From positions 1 to 29,356 of IMG/VR virus record IMGVR_UViG_3300020042_006411: a stretch of DNA of 29,356 bases; one strand, given 5' to 3'. A program made the translations under genes and the position numbers. Every line of letters begins with the position of its first letter. The stretch's first letter is position 1. Source of the stretch: a virus. Its lineage: Duplodnaviria > Caudoviricetes. Positions 7,103 to 18,500 of the stretch are shown here, in pieces. The notes below the pieces were generated by a model, which saw only the letters and a list, made by a program, of their open reading frames with translations, made no database searches and had not been told where the DNA came from.

Positions 7103-9823
7103 ATGGCTCAATTCCAAACGATCAAATCAGTGTTCAACGGCGGCGAGATGTCGCCTATCATGGACGGGCGCACGGACTCGGAGAAATACGCGACTGGGTG
7201 TAAGCTCCTAGAAAACTTCATGGTGCGCTCATACGGTGGCGCATTTAAACGCCCTGGAACTCGATTCGGCGCGGCTAATTCAGACGTGACTGGATGCGTC
7301 CGATTAGTTCCTTTCCGTAGATCAACAAGCGTTAACTTTGTTTTGGGATTCAAAACAAACGCCATAAAGGTATGGTCGTATTCATCGGGCGCTTTTACGC
7401 TCATTACAACTTTAACAACGACTTACACTGAATCAGAAATTGCTGATTTGCATTACATTCAGCTTAACGATGTAATGTATCTGACGGTGTCCACCAAGCA
7501 TCCTAAGATCATTACACGCGCCAGTGATGGCACTTGGTCATTCACTGACGTGCCTTTTCAGTTTGCTCCCGCCCTTGATCCTCCAAGTGATGGCGTGACA
7601 ATGACGATTGAGTATGATGCTGATGACTGGGTGGCTAATAAATCACCAAGCTATGCAGTCGGCGCATTTGTCCTTTATTTAAACGATCTTTATCGGTGCA
7701 AAACGTCAAACGGTGACGCTGCATTTACCTTGGCGAAATGGGATAAGGCTACTTACAAGCAGTCATGGAATGTTGGCCAAAGTTATGTTGCTGGCGACAT
7801 TACTGAATATTTTGGCAGTAACTACTTTTGTATTACCGCGCACACTTCAGATACGTCTAATAGGCCGGGAACTGGCGCTCAATGGGTGCTAATTACGATT
7901 ACAGATTACAGGCTCATTTCTAGCTCTACCGTATTTGACGCTAATGAAGTTGGAAGCACTTGGTTATTGTCTCCAGGCTCAAGTGGAAGAATTGCAACTG
8001 AGCCTATTGCCACGGCTCCAGCGACGACAACCACTGCGGCTATTTTCATTCAAGGTTCCTACGTTGCGCGAACAAGCTGGGCAGTTGGTGTTGCACCGGC
8101 TGGAACTATTATTCAGCTTCAAGAATCTCTTGATAGGATCAATTTTACGAACATTCGCGAATGGTCTATTAGCGGCATTCTTGATGGAACAATTAGCTAT
8201 ACGGCGGAGGCTCCAAACACTGGCGGATGGTATCGAATGGTTGCCATTCGAACGGGAACAAATTCAAATTCGTCAAGCATGACCATTGAGCCAATTTCTG
8301 GCAAATTGGATATTCCCTTTCAAATTCAAAGCTACGTCTCGACAACTCAGGTCAGAGGTATTCCAAAGCTAGCCGTTGATTCTCTTATTCCTAATGAAGT
8401 CGTAGGTTTTACTTTTCCGGTCTGGCGAAAGGGTGCGTTTTCTGTAACTCGAGGTTATCCAAGAACGTGCGCTTTCCATGATAACAGGCTATTTTTTGCC
8501 AGCACGGATTTGTATCCTACTCGGATTTGGGGCAGTCAGATTTCGGATTTTTACACATTCCTGACCGGATCTCTGGACACTTCCGCATTGGATTTAACGC
8601 TAGCAGCAACGCAGGCGAATGTTATTCAATGGCTTTCCAGCTTCAAACGCACGCTTGTGATTGGCACAACTGGCGAAGAGTGGACGATGGATAGCGGCGA
8701 CCAGGATAACGCATTGACGCCAAGCAACGCAAGGCTTCGCAGATGGAGCCGATATGGATCATCAAAATTCCAACCCGTGCTTTCAGGCGATGGTTTGCTT
8801 TGGCTTACCCGAGATAACCGATTGCGCGAGTTTGCCTATGTCTTTGAACGTGATGGATACTCAGCGCCGGAAATGACATTGCTGGCAGAGCATGTCGTTT
8901 GCCGTTCTAATGTTATTCAGATGTTTTACAGCCAATCTCCAGATCCGGTGATATGGCTAGTTCATGCAGATGGAACGTGGAGCGGATTCACCTATGATCG
9001 AGAGAACAATATTACCGCATGGCACCGTCACCGCTCACAGATGTCATGTAAGTCAATGTGCAGTATTTATTCGTCGTCATCTGCAGCTGATTCTTTGATG
9101 TTTTTGATGAATTACCAAGTGCTTTCTTTAGAAAGCATTGATGGCGAAGATATGCGAAACGCTATGACTTCAGCCAATCTTGGCGCTCGCGTTAATTGCA
9201 TGGATTCGTGGATACAGCCTACCTCTGGCAATATTAGCGTTAGCGGAGGCAATACAACTTTCACCAATCTTGCCACTGTTAACCCGCAACTCGCAGCCAA
9301 TGATAACCTTGTTTTAATTGCTGGAGATACGGCATCTAAGTCGGATGGATCGCCGCATATAACTTCTATTACCGGAGGATCAGGGACGGCTGTTTTTACA
9401 GGTCTGGCAGTAAATACTGCGGCTCCTCAATATGTAGGCCTTTATTTTACCGCTTACCTTGTCCCAAATCGTTTTGAGATTCAACTTGGAGATGGAACTG
9501 CTCAGATGCGTAAATGGCGCATTACTCGCGCATCATTCCGTCTTTTCAGGTCATATCACGGTTATGTGTGGCCAAAGATTACCCAAGATGATTTCACTAA
9601 TTACTCTCGCATCATAGATGAAACAGATGAGTTTCCAATTGCGCCGGATGAGGCTGTGCAAGATTACTTTGACAGAACAGGGCAAACGCTCCCGCAATCT
9701 TTGAATTTTGACTGGGGCCGGGCTTGTGACATTGTTATTGCTTCGCGTCATGCCGTGGCATTCAATATCCTTGGAATGATCTTAGAGATCGAAGTTGAAG
9801 GAACGTCTGGCGCAGGAGCTTGA
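7103..9823 (+). CDS. Tail tubular protein B / nozzle (T7 gp12, P22 gp10-like) with CBM5/12-like repeats
   Basis: FNGGEMSP...GRTD.EKY..GC..LENF.V..YGGAFKRPGTRF, GYPRTCAFHDNRLFF, LVIGTTGEEW, AWHRH motifs. Confidence 0.9.
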   Translation: MAQFQTIKSVFNGGEMSPIMDGRTDSEKYATGCKLLENFMVRSYGGAFKRPGTRFGAANSDVTGCVRLVPFRRSTSVNFVLGFKTNAIKVWSYSSGAFTLITTLTTTYTESEIADLHYIQLNDVMYLTVSTKHPKIITRASDGTWSFTDVPFQFAPALDPPSDGVTMTIEYDADDWVANKSPSYAVGAFVLYLNDLYRCKTSNGDAAFTLAKWDKATYKQSWNVGQSYVAGDITEYFGSNYFCITAHTSDTSNRPGTGAQWVLITITDYRLISSSTVFDANEVGSTWLLSPGSSGRIATEPIATAPATTTTAAIFIQGSYVARTSWAVGVAPAGTIIQLQESLDRINFTNIREWSISGILDGTISYTAEAPNTGGWYRMVAIRTGTNSNSSSMTIEPISGKLDIPFQIQSYVSTTQVRGIPKLAVDSLIPNEVVGFTFPVWRKGAFSVTRGYPRTCAFHDNRLFFASTDLYPTRIWGSQISDFYTFLTGSLDTSALDLTLAATQANVIQWLSSFKRTLVIGTTGEEWTMDSGDQDNALTPSNARLRRWSRYGSSKFQPVLSGDGLLWLTRDNRLREFAYVFERDGYSAPEMTLLAEHVVCRSNVIQMFYSQSPDPVIWLVHADGTWSGFTYDRENNITAWHRHRSQMSCKSMCSIYSSSSAADSLMFLMNYQVLSLESIDGEDMRNAMTSANLGARVNCMDSWIQPTSGNISVSGGNTTFTNLATVNPQLAANDNLVLIAGDTASKSDGSPHITSITGGSGTAVFTGLAVNTAAPQYVGLYFTAYLVPNRFEIQLGDGTAQMRKWRITRASFRLFRSYHGYVWPKITQDDFTNYSRIIDETDEFPIAPDEAVQDYFDRTGQTLPQSLNFDWGRACDIVIASRHAVAFNILGMILEIEVEGTSGAGA

Positions 9824-9864
9824 CTTTAATATCAAATCGTGATGAACTGATAGGAAATCATCAC

Positions 9865-10281
9865 ATGACCATTAGAGCTTATACTCCCGAAGATTTCCCG
9901 CTTATTGAGGCGTGGGCCAAAGCTCGCGACATGGTAATGATCCCGCAGCTTCTTAGCCCGAATGGCTTTATCGTCGAGGACGAAAGCGGGCCTTTTGCCG
10001 TGTGCTTTGTGTATCTGGCGTTTGGATGTCCGGTTGCCTCACTAGACAATCTTTTCACTAAACCGGGCACCTCGTTTGCTAAATGCCGCAAGGGTTGGCC
10101 GATACTTTGGCGAACAATTCTTTCCTTTCTCTCAAATTTGAGAACTTGCGATGACGTGCCTTTGAGTTATAAGATAGTCAGGATATACACCCGCACTCCG
10201 CTTGCTAGGTTTCTACGCAACTCTGAGGGTTGGAGCGTATCCGAACATACAAGCACACAGGCCATTTATGCGATACCGTGA
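9865..10281 (+). CDS. GNAT-fold-like protein at the T7 gp13 position
   Basis: ATG at 9865 in the frame of ORF 9820..10281; MTIRAYTPEDFPLIEAW start; lies between nozzle and ejection genes. Confidence 0.6.
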   Translation: MTIRAYTPEDFPLIEAWAKARDMVMIPQLLSPNGFIVEDESGPFAVCFVYLAFGCPVASLDNLFTKPGTSFAKCRKGWPILWRTILSFLSNLRTCDDVPLSYKIVRIYTRTPLARFLRNSEGWSVSEHTSTQAIYAIP

Positions 10282-10927
10282 CCATCTTGATTACATCCCG
10301 CTAAATACTGGCGGGCCGATTGGCATTCATTGCTCTACACGTCCGCCTTGTAATGAGCCTACTACTATTGCTATAGCGCTTGCTAGTGCATCGTTAGTTG
10401 CAGGTGCAGCTGGAACATACATGCAGTATGACTCTGCTCAGAATGCAGCTAAACAGGCCGAATATAACGCACAGGCACAAGCTGACGCCATTGGCGAAGA
10501 GCGCAAAAGGCAGGCACTTGAGAGCCAAGAGAATCAACGTCGAGCAGTTCAAGAGCAACGCAGGCAAAGGGCGACACAACTCGCGGCAATGGCTGGCAGT
10601 GGCGCTATGCTTGGCACTGGATCGTCCCTTGCTTTGGAAGCTGATACTTGGGCCAAGCAGCAAACAGAGCTAGCAGATCAGCAATACGTCAATCAATTGT
10701 CTCAACGGCAGCTTGCCTATCAGCGAACGTCCACACTTCAGATGGGACAGCAAACAGCCGCAGGAATACGCAGCGACGCCACAGGGCAGGCTATCGGCAA
10801 TATTGGATCAACGCTCGGGCAGGCTTATCAAGCATGGTCAACACGGCCCCAAGCGGCGGGTGGAGCATCTACAATACCAGCGGGCTACCAGCCTCGCACA
10901 GTTTCACAACGTCCAGCAGGACTGTAA
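10268..10927 (+). CDS. Internal virion / ejection protein (T7 gp14-like)
   Basis: CNEPTTIAIALASASLVAGAAG hydrophobic segment, Gln/Ala coiled coil, AAMAGSGA..GTGSSL motif. ATG at 10268; exact start uncertain. Confidence 0.75.
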   Translation: MRYRDHLDYIPLNTGGPIGIHCSTRPPCNEPTTIAIALASASLVAGAAGTYMQYDSAQNAAKQAEYNAQAQADAIGEERKRQALESQENQRRAVQEQRRQRATQLAAMAGSGAMLGTGSSLALEADTWAKQQTELADQQYVNQLSQRQLAYQRTSTLQMGQQTAAGIRSDATGQAIGNIGSTLGQAYQAWSTRPQAAGGASTIPAGYQPRTVSQRPAGL

Positions 10928-10930
10928 TTT

Positions 10931-12511
10931 ATGGCACGCATTCCAATCCTTCAAGAACCTGGGCAGCTTAACACGGGCAACCAGACGATCCGCACGCCCG
11001 ACCTTCCAGCCGTCACAAACGCCAGCGTGGGCAAGGCAATCGGCAATTTAGGCAACGTGATGTTCGACATCGCGGAGAAGGCCAAGCGCGCAAATGACGT
11101 GACCAAGCTCACGGAAGCTAGCCTTGCGATGAACAAAGCGCAGATGGATTTTGCGACGTTTCAGCAATCGCCAGAAGGGCAGGATGAAAAGCAGTGGCTT
11201 CCAAAGTGGCAGAGTTTGCAGAACGACATCAAAGCTCAATTTGATCAAGCTGAATTGACGCCTGAAGCAAGAATGCAGTTTAACGACAGGCTTTCAAACT
11301 GGGCGACTCGCGGGACAATTCAAGTTCAAGCTAGCGCCATCAAGCAGACGGGGCAAAGAATGGAGCAGAGCTTTGATAATGCCGTTAAATCTAAAGATTT
11401 TAACGCAGCTAGACAGGGCGTTGATGATGCCACAAAAGCTGGGCTTATATTACCAGAGCAAGCGCAGGCAAAGCGCTTGTTTATTGACTCAGCTGAAAAG
11501 GATTCAAAATGGAATAGCTACATTTTACAGCGTGAACGTTTGGCCGATCCTGCATCAAGAACGCAAGAAAGCATTTTTCAGCTTGAGCAAATGCTTGACG
11601 CTTCCCGTGATTCCATGGAGCCGGAGCGTTATCAGCTTGAAATTGATAATCTTAACGACATGAAGGATGAGACTTTTGTTTATCAAGAGATTCAAAAGAA
11701 TCCTGAGCGAGTCGTAGAAATGATGAATAATCCAGATTTTGCGCCAAGTCTTAGCGCTCCACAGCAGCGAGAAAGAATTAAAAATCAAGCAATTGCACGC
11801 ATTGAGGAAATGCAGATGGAAGAACAGCGAGCCGTGATGAATGGAATTCTAGGCGGCAGCATTCAAAACATGAAGCAAGCGGAAACGCTTATGCCGCGCT
11901 CTGATGCTATTGCAAAAGCCAAGATTCAGAGCGTGTTTGACAAAAAGCCACCGACTCAATACGAGGCTTCAATCCTTAAGCGTGCTCTAGAAAAGGCCGT
12001 GGAAGAATACGATCCAACAAACGATCCTGAAGATGCAAAGACGTTTCAGATCGTTGACACAATCAACCGTCTCAATCTTTACGACGAAAAACTGACAAGT
12101 TCATTGCGTGAGAAGTTTTACAAAAAGCAACAACAACGCACGCCACCATCTCCAATCGAAAGTGAAATTGCCAATCATAAAAAATTTCTCGATTACGTTT
12201 ATGAGCCTAAGCTTAAAGCGCTTATGGATGAAGACACAAAAGAGGTTCCCGTTGATAAACAAGCTGAGTTCAGGTCTTTACTTTCCATTCGCGATCAATT
12301 AGCCACTGATTTTGAGCGCATGGTTGAATCGGGAGAAATTAAGACACGCGAGCAAGCTCGTAATGCATCGGTGCGGATGTTAGCGGAACCATATGCCGAT
12401 CAGGTTATGGCTTATTTTCGTTATGCGCCATCATCGGAAGGTAAGAGTGGACAAATTCAACTAACGCCAGAAGAAATTCAGCAAATCGAAAAACAACGAC
12501 TTTCAAAATAA
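10931..12511 (+). CDS. Internal virion / ejection protein (T7 gp15-like position)
   Basis: 526 aa, helical; MARIP start; lies between the gp14-like gene and the giant protein, with TAATG coupling to the latter. Confidence 0.7.
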   Translation: MARIPILQEPGQLNTGNQTIRTPDLPAVTNASVGKAIGNLGNVMFDIAEKAKRANDVTKLTEASLAMNKAQMDFATFQQSPEGQDEKQWLPKWQSLQNDIKAQFDQAELTPEARMQFNDRLSNWATRGTIQVQASAIKQTGQRMEQSFDNAVKSKDFNAARQGVDDATKAGLILPEQAQAKRLFIDSAEKDSKWNSYILQRERLADPASRTQESIFQLEQMLDASRDSMEPERYQLEIDNLNDMKDETFVYQEIQKNPERVVEMMNNPDFAPSLSAPQQRERIKNQAIARIEEMQMEEQRAVMNGILGGSIQNMKQAETLMPRSDAIAKAKIQSVFDKKPPTQYEASILKRALEKAVEEYDPTNDPEDAKTFQIVDTINRLNLYDEKLTSSLREKFYKKQQQRTPPSPIESEIANHKKFLDYVYEPKLKALMDEDTKEVPVDKQAEFRSLLSIRDQLATDFERMVESGEIKTREQARNASVRMLAEPYADQVMAYFRYAPSSEGKSGQIQLTPEEIQQIEKQRLSK

Positions 12512-15500
12512 TGCCAATCACTCGACCATCTACACAAGAGGACGCCGACAATCGACTTCGAGAAGCCTTTATTATTCAGGATTTTGGCGCTCTTGGTGGC
12601 GAAGTGGAGTCATATCCACTTCCAGACAGGAATGCGCTTTTGTATTCTTCGGCAACTTCGGCATGGGCCGAGCGAATTCTTGGCGCTCCAGCAAATCCTT
12701 ATCATCCTGGATGGCAGGGACAAAAAGACGGCATTGTCAGAAGTTACTTTGGCGAGCGTGAAGCGAAAGATGTTTCTGATGAAGATCTTTTTGGCAAAAT
12801 TGCCACCGATTACAGAGCGCAAGAAAAGATTGCAAACGCTGCCCGCATTGCTGCGGCTCGCGGTGAATCGTGGCTTGGCAAGTTTCGTGAGGTTGAGACA
12901 CAAGAAGCCGGATCAATAATTCCCGGCAGAATGACAAATTACCTTGGGCTTGCTAGGGCTGCTCACGATGAAATGGCCGCAAAGGTAAATCCATACCGAA
13001 ACACGATTAAAGCCGTGGCGGATATGGCGCGAAACATTGACACATCAGCGGAAGGCATGGACTGGGGCGCAATGGCTAGCGAGCTTGTAAAGATTCCCAA
13101 AGAGGATCGTCCATACGTTCTTGAAGCTCTTTCTCTGCAAACTCCAGGAGAGTCTAAAGCTGGTGATGCCGAGCGAATCAAAACGGCTTTTGTCCGTGGA
13201 ATGGAGCGTTATCTTGATACGGCCGTAAGCTCATTAGAGACGGCAGGAGAAAGCACAGCTGGCGAGTTTTTACGGCAGTCGTATGGATTTGATGTCGAAG
13301 CGCAAACGCCAGAACAAAAGGCGCAACGCGCTGATTTTCTCGATCTTCGCGACGACATGCGCGACATCGCTACTGGAAAACTTGCGCCGTTGAAAGCGGT
13401 AAAGATTGCAGGCATGAACATTGCCGGGGCTGCTGAAATGCTGCCAATGACGTTGGGGTCTTTTGTGCCTTACGTTGGCGCTGCTGTAACGCTTGGCAGT
13501 TTTCAGCGGTCAACTTATAACGACATCAGGCGGAGCAATCCTGAAATGTCGCGTGATTCGGCAAATGCCATCGCTACCGTGTCAGCGCCGTTTCAAGCAA
13601 TCACGGAAATTGCGTCAGATCGTTTTCTTTTCGGCAGACTTCCTAATCTTAAACGTGCATTTACTCAGCCAATTTTTAGCGCAACTGGGGCGCTTGGCAT
13701 GTTTGCCACACGGGCGGCAATCGGCACAGCTACGGAGGTCAGTGAAGAGTTTATTCAAGGCGTTACACCGCTTGCTATTCAAGACCTTTCCAAAGCTCTA
13801 GGTCAGGATCTTCCTGGCTCTGATTGGAACGGATTTCTTGGCGAGTTTGCACAAAGCTTGCCTGAGCTTATTTCGACAATCTTGCCGCTCGCTATTGTTG
13901 GCGCTGGAACTGGTCAGTTGTCAGATTTTCGTGCTGGTCGTCAACTTGCGCGCTCGCCTGACATGCTGATAGCTGCTCAGTATTCGCCAGAATCTGCCGC
14001 AAAAATTAGCGAGCTAGCTAATGCTGGCAAATGGAGCGAAGCGGAAGACGCTATACGTTTGGATTGGGCGAAGATTAATGCAAAAGGCGCTGACATGGCG
14101 CAAGTAAAGGCTACGGCAGAACAACGCATTCAAGCTGCTGAACGTATAAAAAGCTTACAAAGAGAGCAAGTGAGCGCCGAAGGATTGCAAACAACCTCGC
14201 CCGATTTCACTGCAAGCGTCACGCGCTCGCCTACAGGCTGGCAAGTAACGACAGGCGAGGGCACTATCATTCCTGTGGATTCTGCCGAAGCTGCAAATCA
14301 AATTTATAGCAAGCTTCGCCAAGTCGGAAGCCAGCAAGAGGCCGATGCGCTGGTAAGCGTGATTGACGGCTATTACGAGCAAGGCAGGCAGGCTGAAACT
14401 GTATTCACTGGCGAGACTGTTCAAGCGTCTGACGTTGAAGCGGTTGGGGTCGTGGCTACTCGGCGCGATGCTGGCGGGGCTATTCTTTCACAGCGCCAGC
14501 TTGGCCCTCAAGCTCTTGAAACCGTCCGTGCAGAAGCGGAAGTTGCGGGCATCAAGTCGGGCACTCAAGGGATTTTCGCGCACATTAACGGATCGAACGA
14601 GGTCTTCCCAATGCGCGTGGCCAATGGGGCTAAAGAGATCTTTCGCAGGATGAACCTCTACAAATCACAGGCTGAAGGACAGCCGCAGGTGATTACGTTC
14701 CTGCATGAGAATTTTGAATCAACGTGGCGATTGGGCATGGAAAACGGCACGTTCTCAGATCAAGAAACACGCACGGCAATGCGCGCGCTTTTGCCTGCTT
14801 TTGAAGGCGTGACGACACTTAATGCCGAAGAGGCTCAATTCATTGACAATCTACGCACGCTAGCAAGCGGCAAGGGCAATGAAACCATGCTGCGTGAAAC
14901 CGTGTCGGAAATGGTCATTCGTGACGTGCTAGGACGTGATCGACAAGGCCTTGCCACGGGCATGAAACCTGGTTCAATCTCTCGCGCTATTGAGGCGTCT
15001 GTCATGGGCGCGAATACTCAGGAAGAAGTCAGCGCGTTAAAAAGCATTTTGGCTGCAATCAAGGCATTTACCGCCTACCTCAAAGGCGTGTTTGGCACCG
15101 TTGACGCCATCACCAAAGCTCGCGATGAAGGCAAGCTCGGCGAGGAATACGATACGTTTATCAACAAAGTCCTCGGCATCGACGAGGTAAAGCAGATGGA
15201 AGGGCAGGCGATAGACGAGGCGAAGGCGATGCTTGGCGTTGATGAGGAAGCGCAGGCTGTGATCGACGCTGGAAATATGGCGTTTTCCATTGCTCCTCTC
15301 CGTGCATTTACAACCAAGGCGGAAAAAGAATACGCATTTGGTGATGGTCGTTACACGCATCCTGTCACGCTCACGAATGGCACGCGGCTTTCCGGTGAAA
15401 CCTTTGATTATAAATGGGGCAGCAAGATTGAAATTGGCAAAGCTGGCGGCATTCCGACTTTCTTTGGTTACACTAAAAACGGCGATGAAATCACCATTCA

Positions 15501-18500
15501 AGCGCGTGACGTTCGCCCTGATATGGTTGCAAGTTCGCGTGACAATAACCGTTCAGCGAACGATCTTCGTGATCGTTTAATGATGTGGCACAACAAAGCT
15601 AAAGAGCAGGGATTTAATTTCTTAGACGCCGGGAATATGGCGTTTAGCATCTCGCCCGTCACTCCAGAGCAGGATGCCGAATACCTTGCGGCAGTGGAGT
15701 CGGCGATTGAAACATTCTCCGACCTATCGCCCAAGCAGGCCGAGAATTTGCGCGACCTACTTGAAGCGGAGGGATGGGCGATAGAATATGAAGGCAGTAA
15801 CGGGGCGCTGGTTTACACCAGCGCCGAAGATCTTCAGGAAAGAGGGATTCCTCGCGCAGTTATTTATGCTGATTTTTCCAGTCAGGCAGACCCCCAATCA
15901 TTGGAGGATGCCATAGATTATCTTATTGCTGGCGGCTTCATTGACGGAGATTCAAGAAAGGTTGCTGAAAGCTATTGGAGCAAGGTTGTCCCGGTAGTTC
16001 CATCCAAGAACGCTATTACAGGTCTGGATTACATTGCAGAAAGCGATAAGGGGCCATTCCCAGTTCAGGCGCGTGATTTAGCATCTAAATACCAACTCAC
16101 GCCAGATCAGCAGCGCCAGCTTGTGGAGGCGCGTAGCATGGTTGCCTTTGAGGTTTTGAAGAAAGACTTGATTGCAAGTGCCGACATGGTTCCGATAAAG
16201 AGAGTAGGGTCCATGGCTGAACTCCGCGCTCTGGTGGAAGCCAGTTATCCATCAATGCCAGCAGAGCATGTGAGGGCTGCCGTTGAGAAAGCGTGGCAAC
16301 GCAATCAGGGAGATTATTCGTTTCTCGAAGGAAACGACTTTAATATCGCCAATGCTGTAGTGCGACCCTATGCCAGACACAATTTCACCAATTACGATTC
16401 AATCATTAGGCGGGCGGGCGGAAAGAGCGATGCACGTGAAGCCACATTTGATGAGGTTGAGGGCCTTTTAAGTGAGTGGCACGCCAACCCCGCTCGATTC
16501 TCCATCTCGCCCATTCGCAATCTTAACGAACTCAGCGATCAAGTGGAGCGCAACTTTGCGGAGAATCCAGCGGGCGCGTTAGAGGTTAAGTCCAAAGTTA
16601 TTCGCCAGTTTGCCAAGCTTGCCGATAAATGGAGCAACGAGCGATGGACACCGCAAGGCAACAAGATCAGGCCGATTAGCGAAAAGCGCACGGTTAAGAG
16701 CTTGGACAAGGAACAGGCAATGCGGCAGGCGCAGCGTGAAGTTGAGCTTGTAAATGAAGGCATGGACAAGCTGACGCCAAACACGATAATGGCGTATTCT
16801 GAAGGTGTTGGCACACTGGAAGACGATCCTCTTGTGAAGAAGATGCTTCACGACAATGGAAAGCTCATGTCAAAAGCTACGGCTGAACGTGAAAGTCGAA
16901 ACATCAAAGATCAATACGAGGATGCTGGCTGGATTCCGCCGTCCTGGTATTCAGGCGGGACAACAATCACAACGGTTATCGTCACCCGCGCAGATGGATC
17001 AAATGAGAGCTACGACGCTAGGAAAGTGCCTGACGAAGTGAAGTCGGAGATTTCAAACGGAGCGGCTAAGGCGGTCATCAAAAAGCATCGCACTCCCGCA
17101 ACGGGCGGCATCATGCCTGACGTAATGGCGAATAATCTCGGCTTTGATTACGCTTCTGAGATGTGGGCTGCTTTGGAGTCGTCTATCAAATCGCATCGTA
17201 ATGCTAAGGCCGATTATGCCAAAGCAGAGGCCGCAGTTAAAGCGGTCGAAAAAGCAGCGTTTGAGCAGGCACGCCAAGAAGCACAAGCATGGCGCGACGA
17301 GACAGATGCAATGCAGAAAGAGGACTGGTCGCCGCGTGAATCGCTTGTGCGTGACCTCATCACCCTCGAGGCTATTGTTGCCATGTTCCCGCAGGAGATT
17401 CGTGGCAAGATCGGCGGATTTGTTACCCTAGCACGCAAGGCTAGCGAGGCGGCACGTTTGAAGGTGCTGCAACGCCAACTTGAACGTGGGCAGGAGTTGC
17501 TGGAGAAGCATCTCAAGGAGCAGTATGGAACGGCGGTTGATAAATTGCTTGAACGCTATCAATCAAAGCGTGATTCAAGCGGGCGAATCTCCGGCAAGAT
17601 TCTTTCCACAGCAACGGAGCAAGTAGACTATGCTGCCGAGTTTATTGACTTAGACATTGTAAGCCAAGCCAAAGAGCAGGCCGCGCTAGAAAAGCAGGTC
17701 GAGGAATCGGAGTCTGCTGAAGAAGTGCAAGATGCACTTACGAAACTTGGCATTGCTCGCTTGTTTGAAGTCTGGGATACAAAAGACTCTGCATCCCGCG
17801 AGTCCGCTTTCTTGTGGCTAAACGAGACAATTGAGCAGGGCAAACAGGGCAAGAAGCTACTTGATGAAGAGCGCAAGGCGTTTCTCGATGACATGCGCCA
17901 GAGCGGGCAAGCGTCAATTCTGCAAGGTGACGAGTTGAATGCTGCCGTGGCTGACAACCTTACAAATTTGAACAAGGGCGTGATGCGTCGCGCCTTGCTC
18001 GGTATGCGTGGAGTTTTGTCGGAGTCGTTATGGACTACCCTCCAACGTCTTGAATTGATCTTTGGCGAAGACTCTAAAATCTTGGATTACTTCTCAAGCA
18101 AGATCATCAACGCGGCGAATCTTTCCACCGACATTAAGCGGATGGTCGAGGCGCAGAAGAAAGAAGCGCTTTCCATTATCTTCAACTCTGACAGCAAGTT
18201 TCAACACGCTCGCGGCATCGCTGAATTGCAGAAGCTCAAAGACTCGGGAATCATGATTTCCAAAGTCACAAAGAAGGAAATCAAGCTAGACATCGACACA
18301 CTGACTAAGCTCGCTGACGGCACGATGGACGCGAAGACGGCAGGGCTTGAACAGGCCGAGGTTGACGCCGCGCTTGAAGAGTTTGCCGCTAACGCACGCA
18401 AGCGCACGGTGACAATTGAGAAAGTGACGAGTCGAGCCGCTCCAACATCTCGCACGATGTCGGAGACGCAAGGCATTCAGTGGTGGCTATGGTCGATGCA

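Noticed and set aside
9820-9850. Fourth copy of the late promoter motif (TTGACT...ATCA-N5-TGAT)
   Set aside because: Palindrome sequence and spacing differ and there is no convincing -10; too weak to call.
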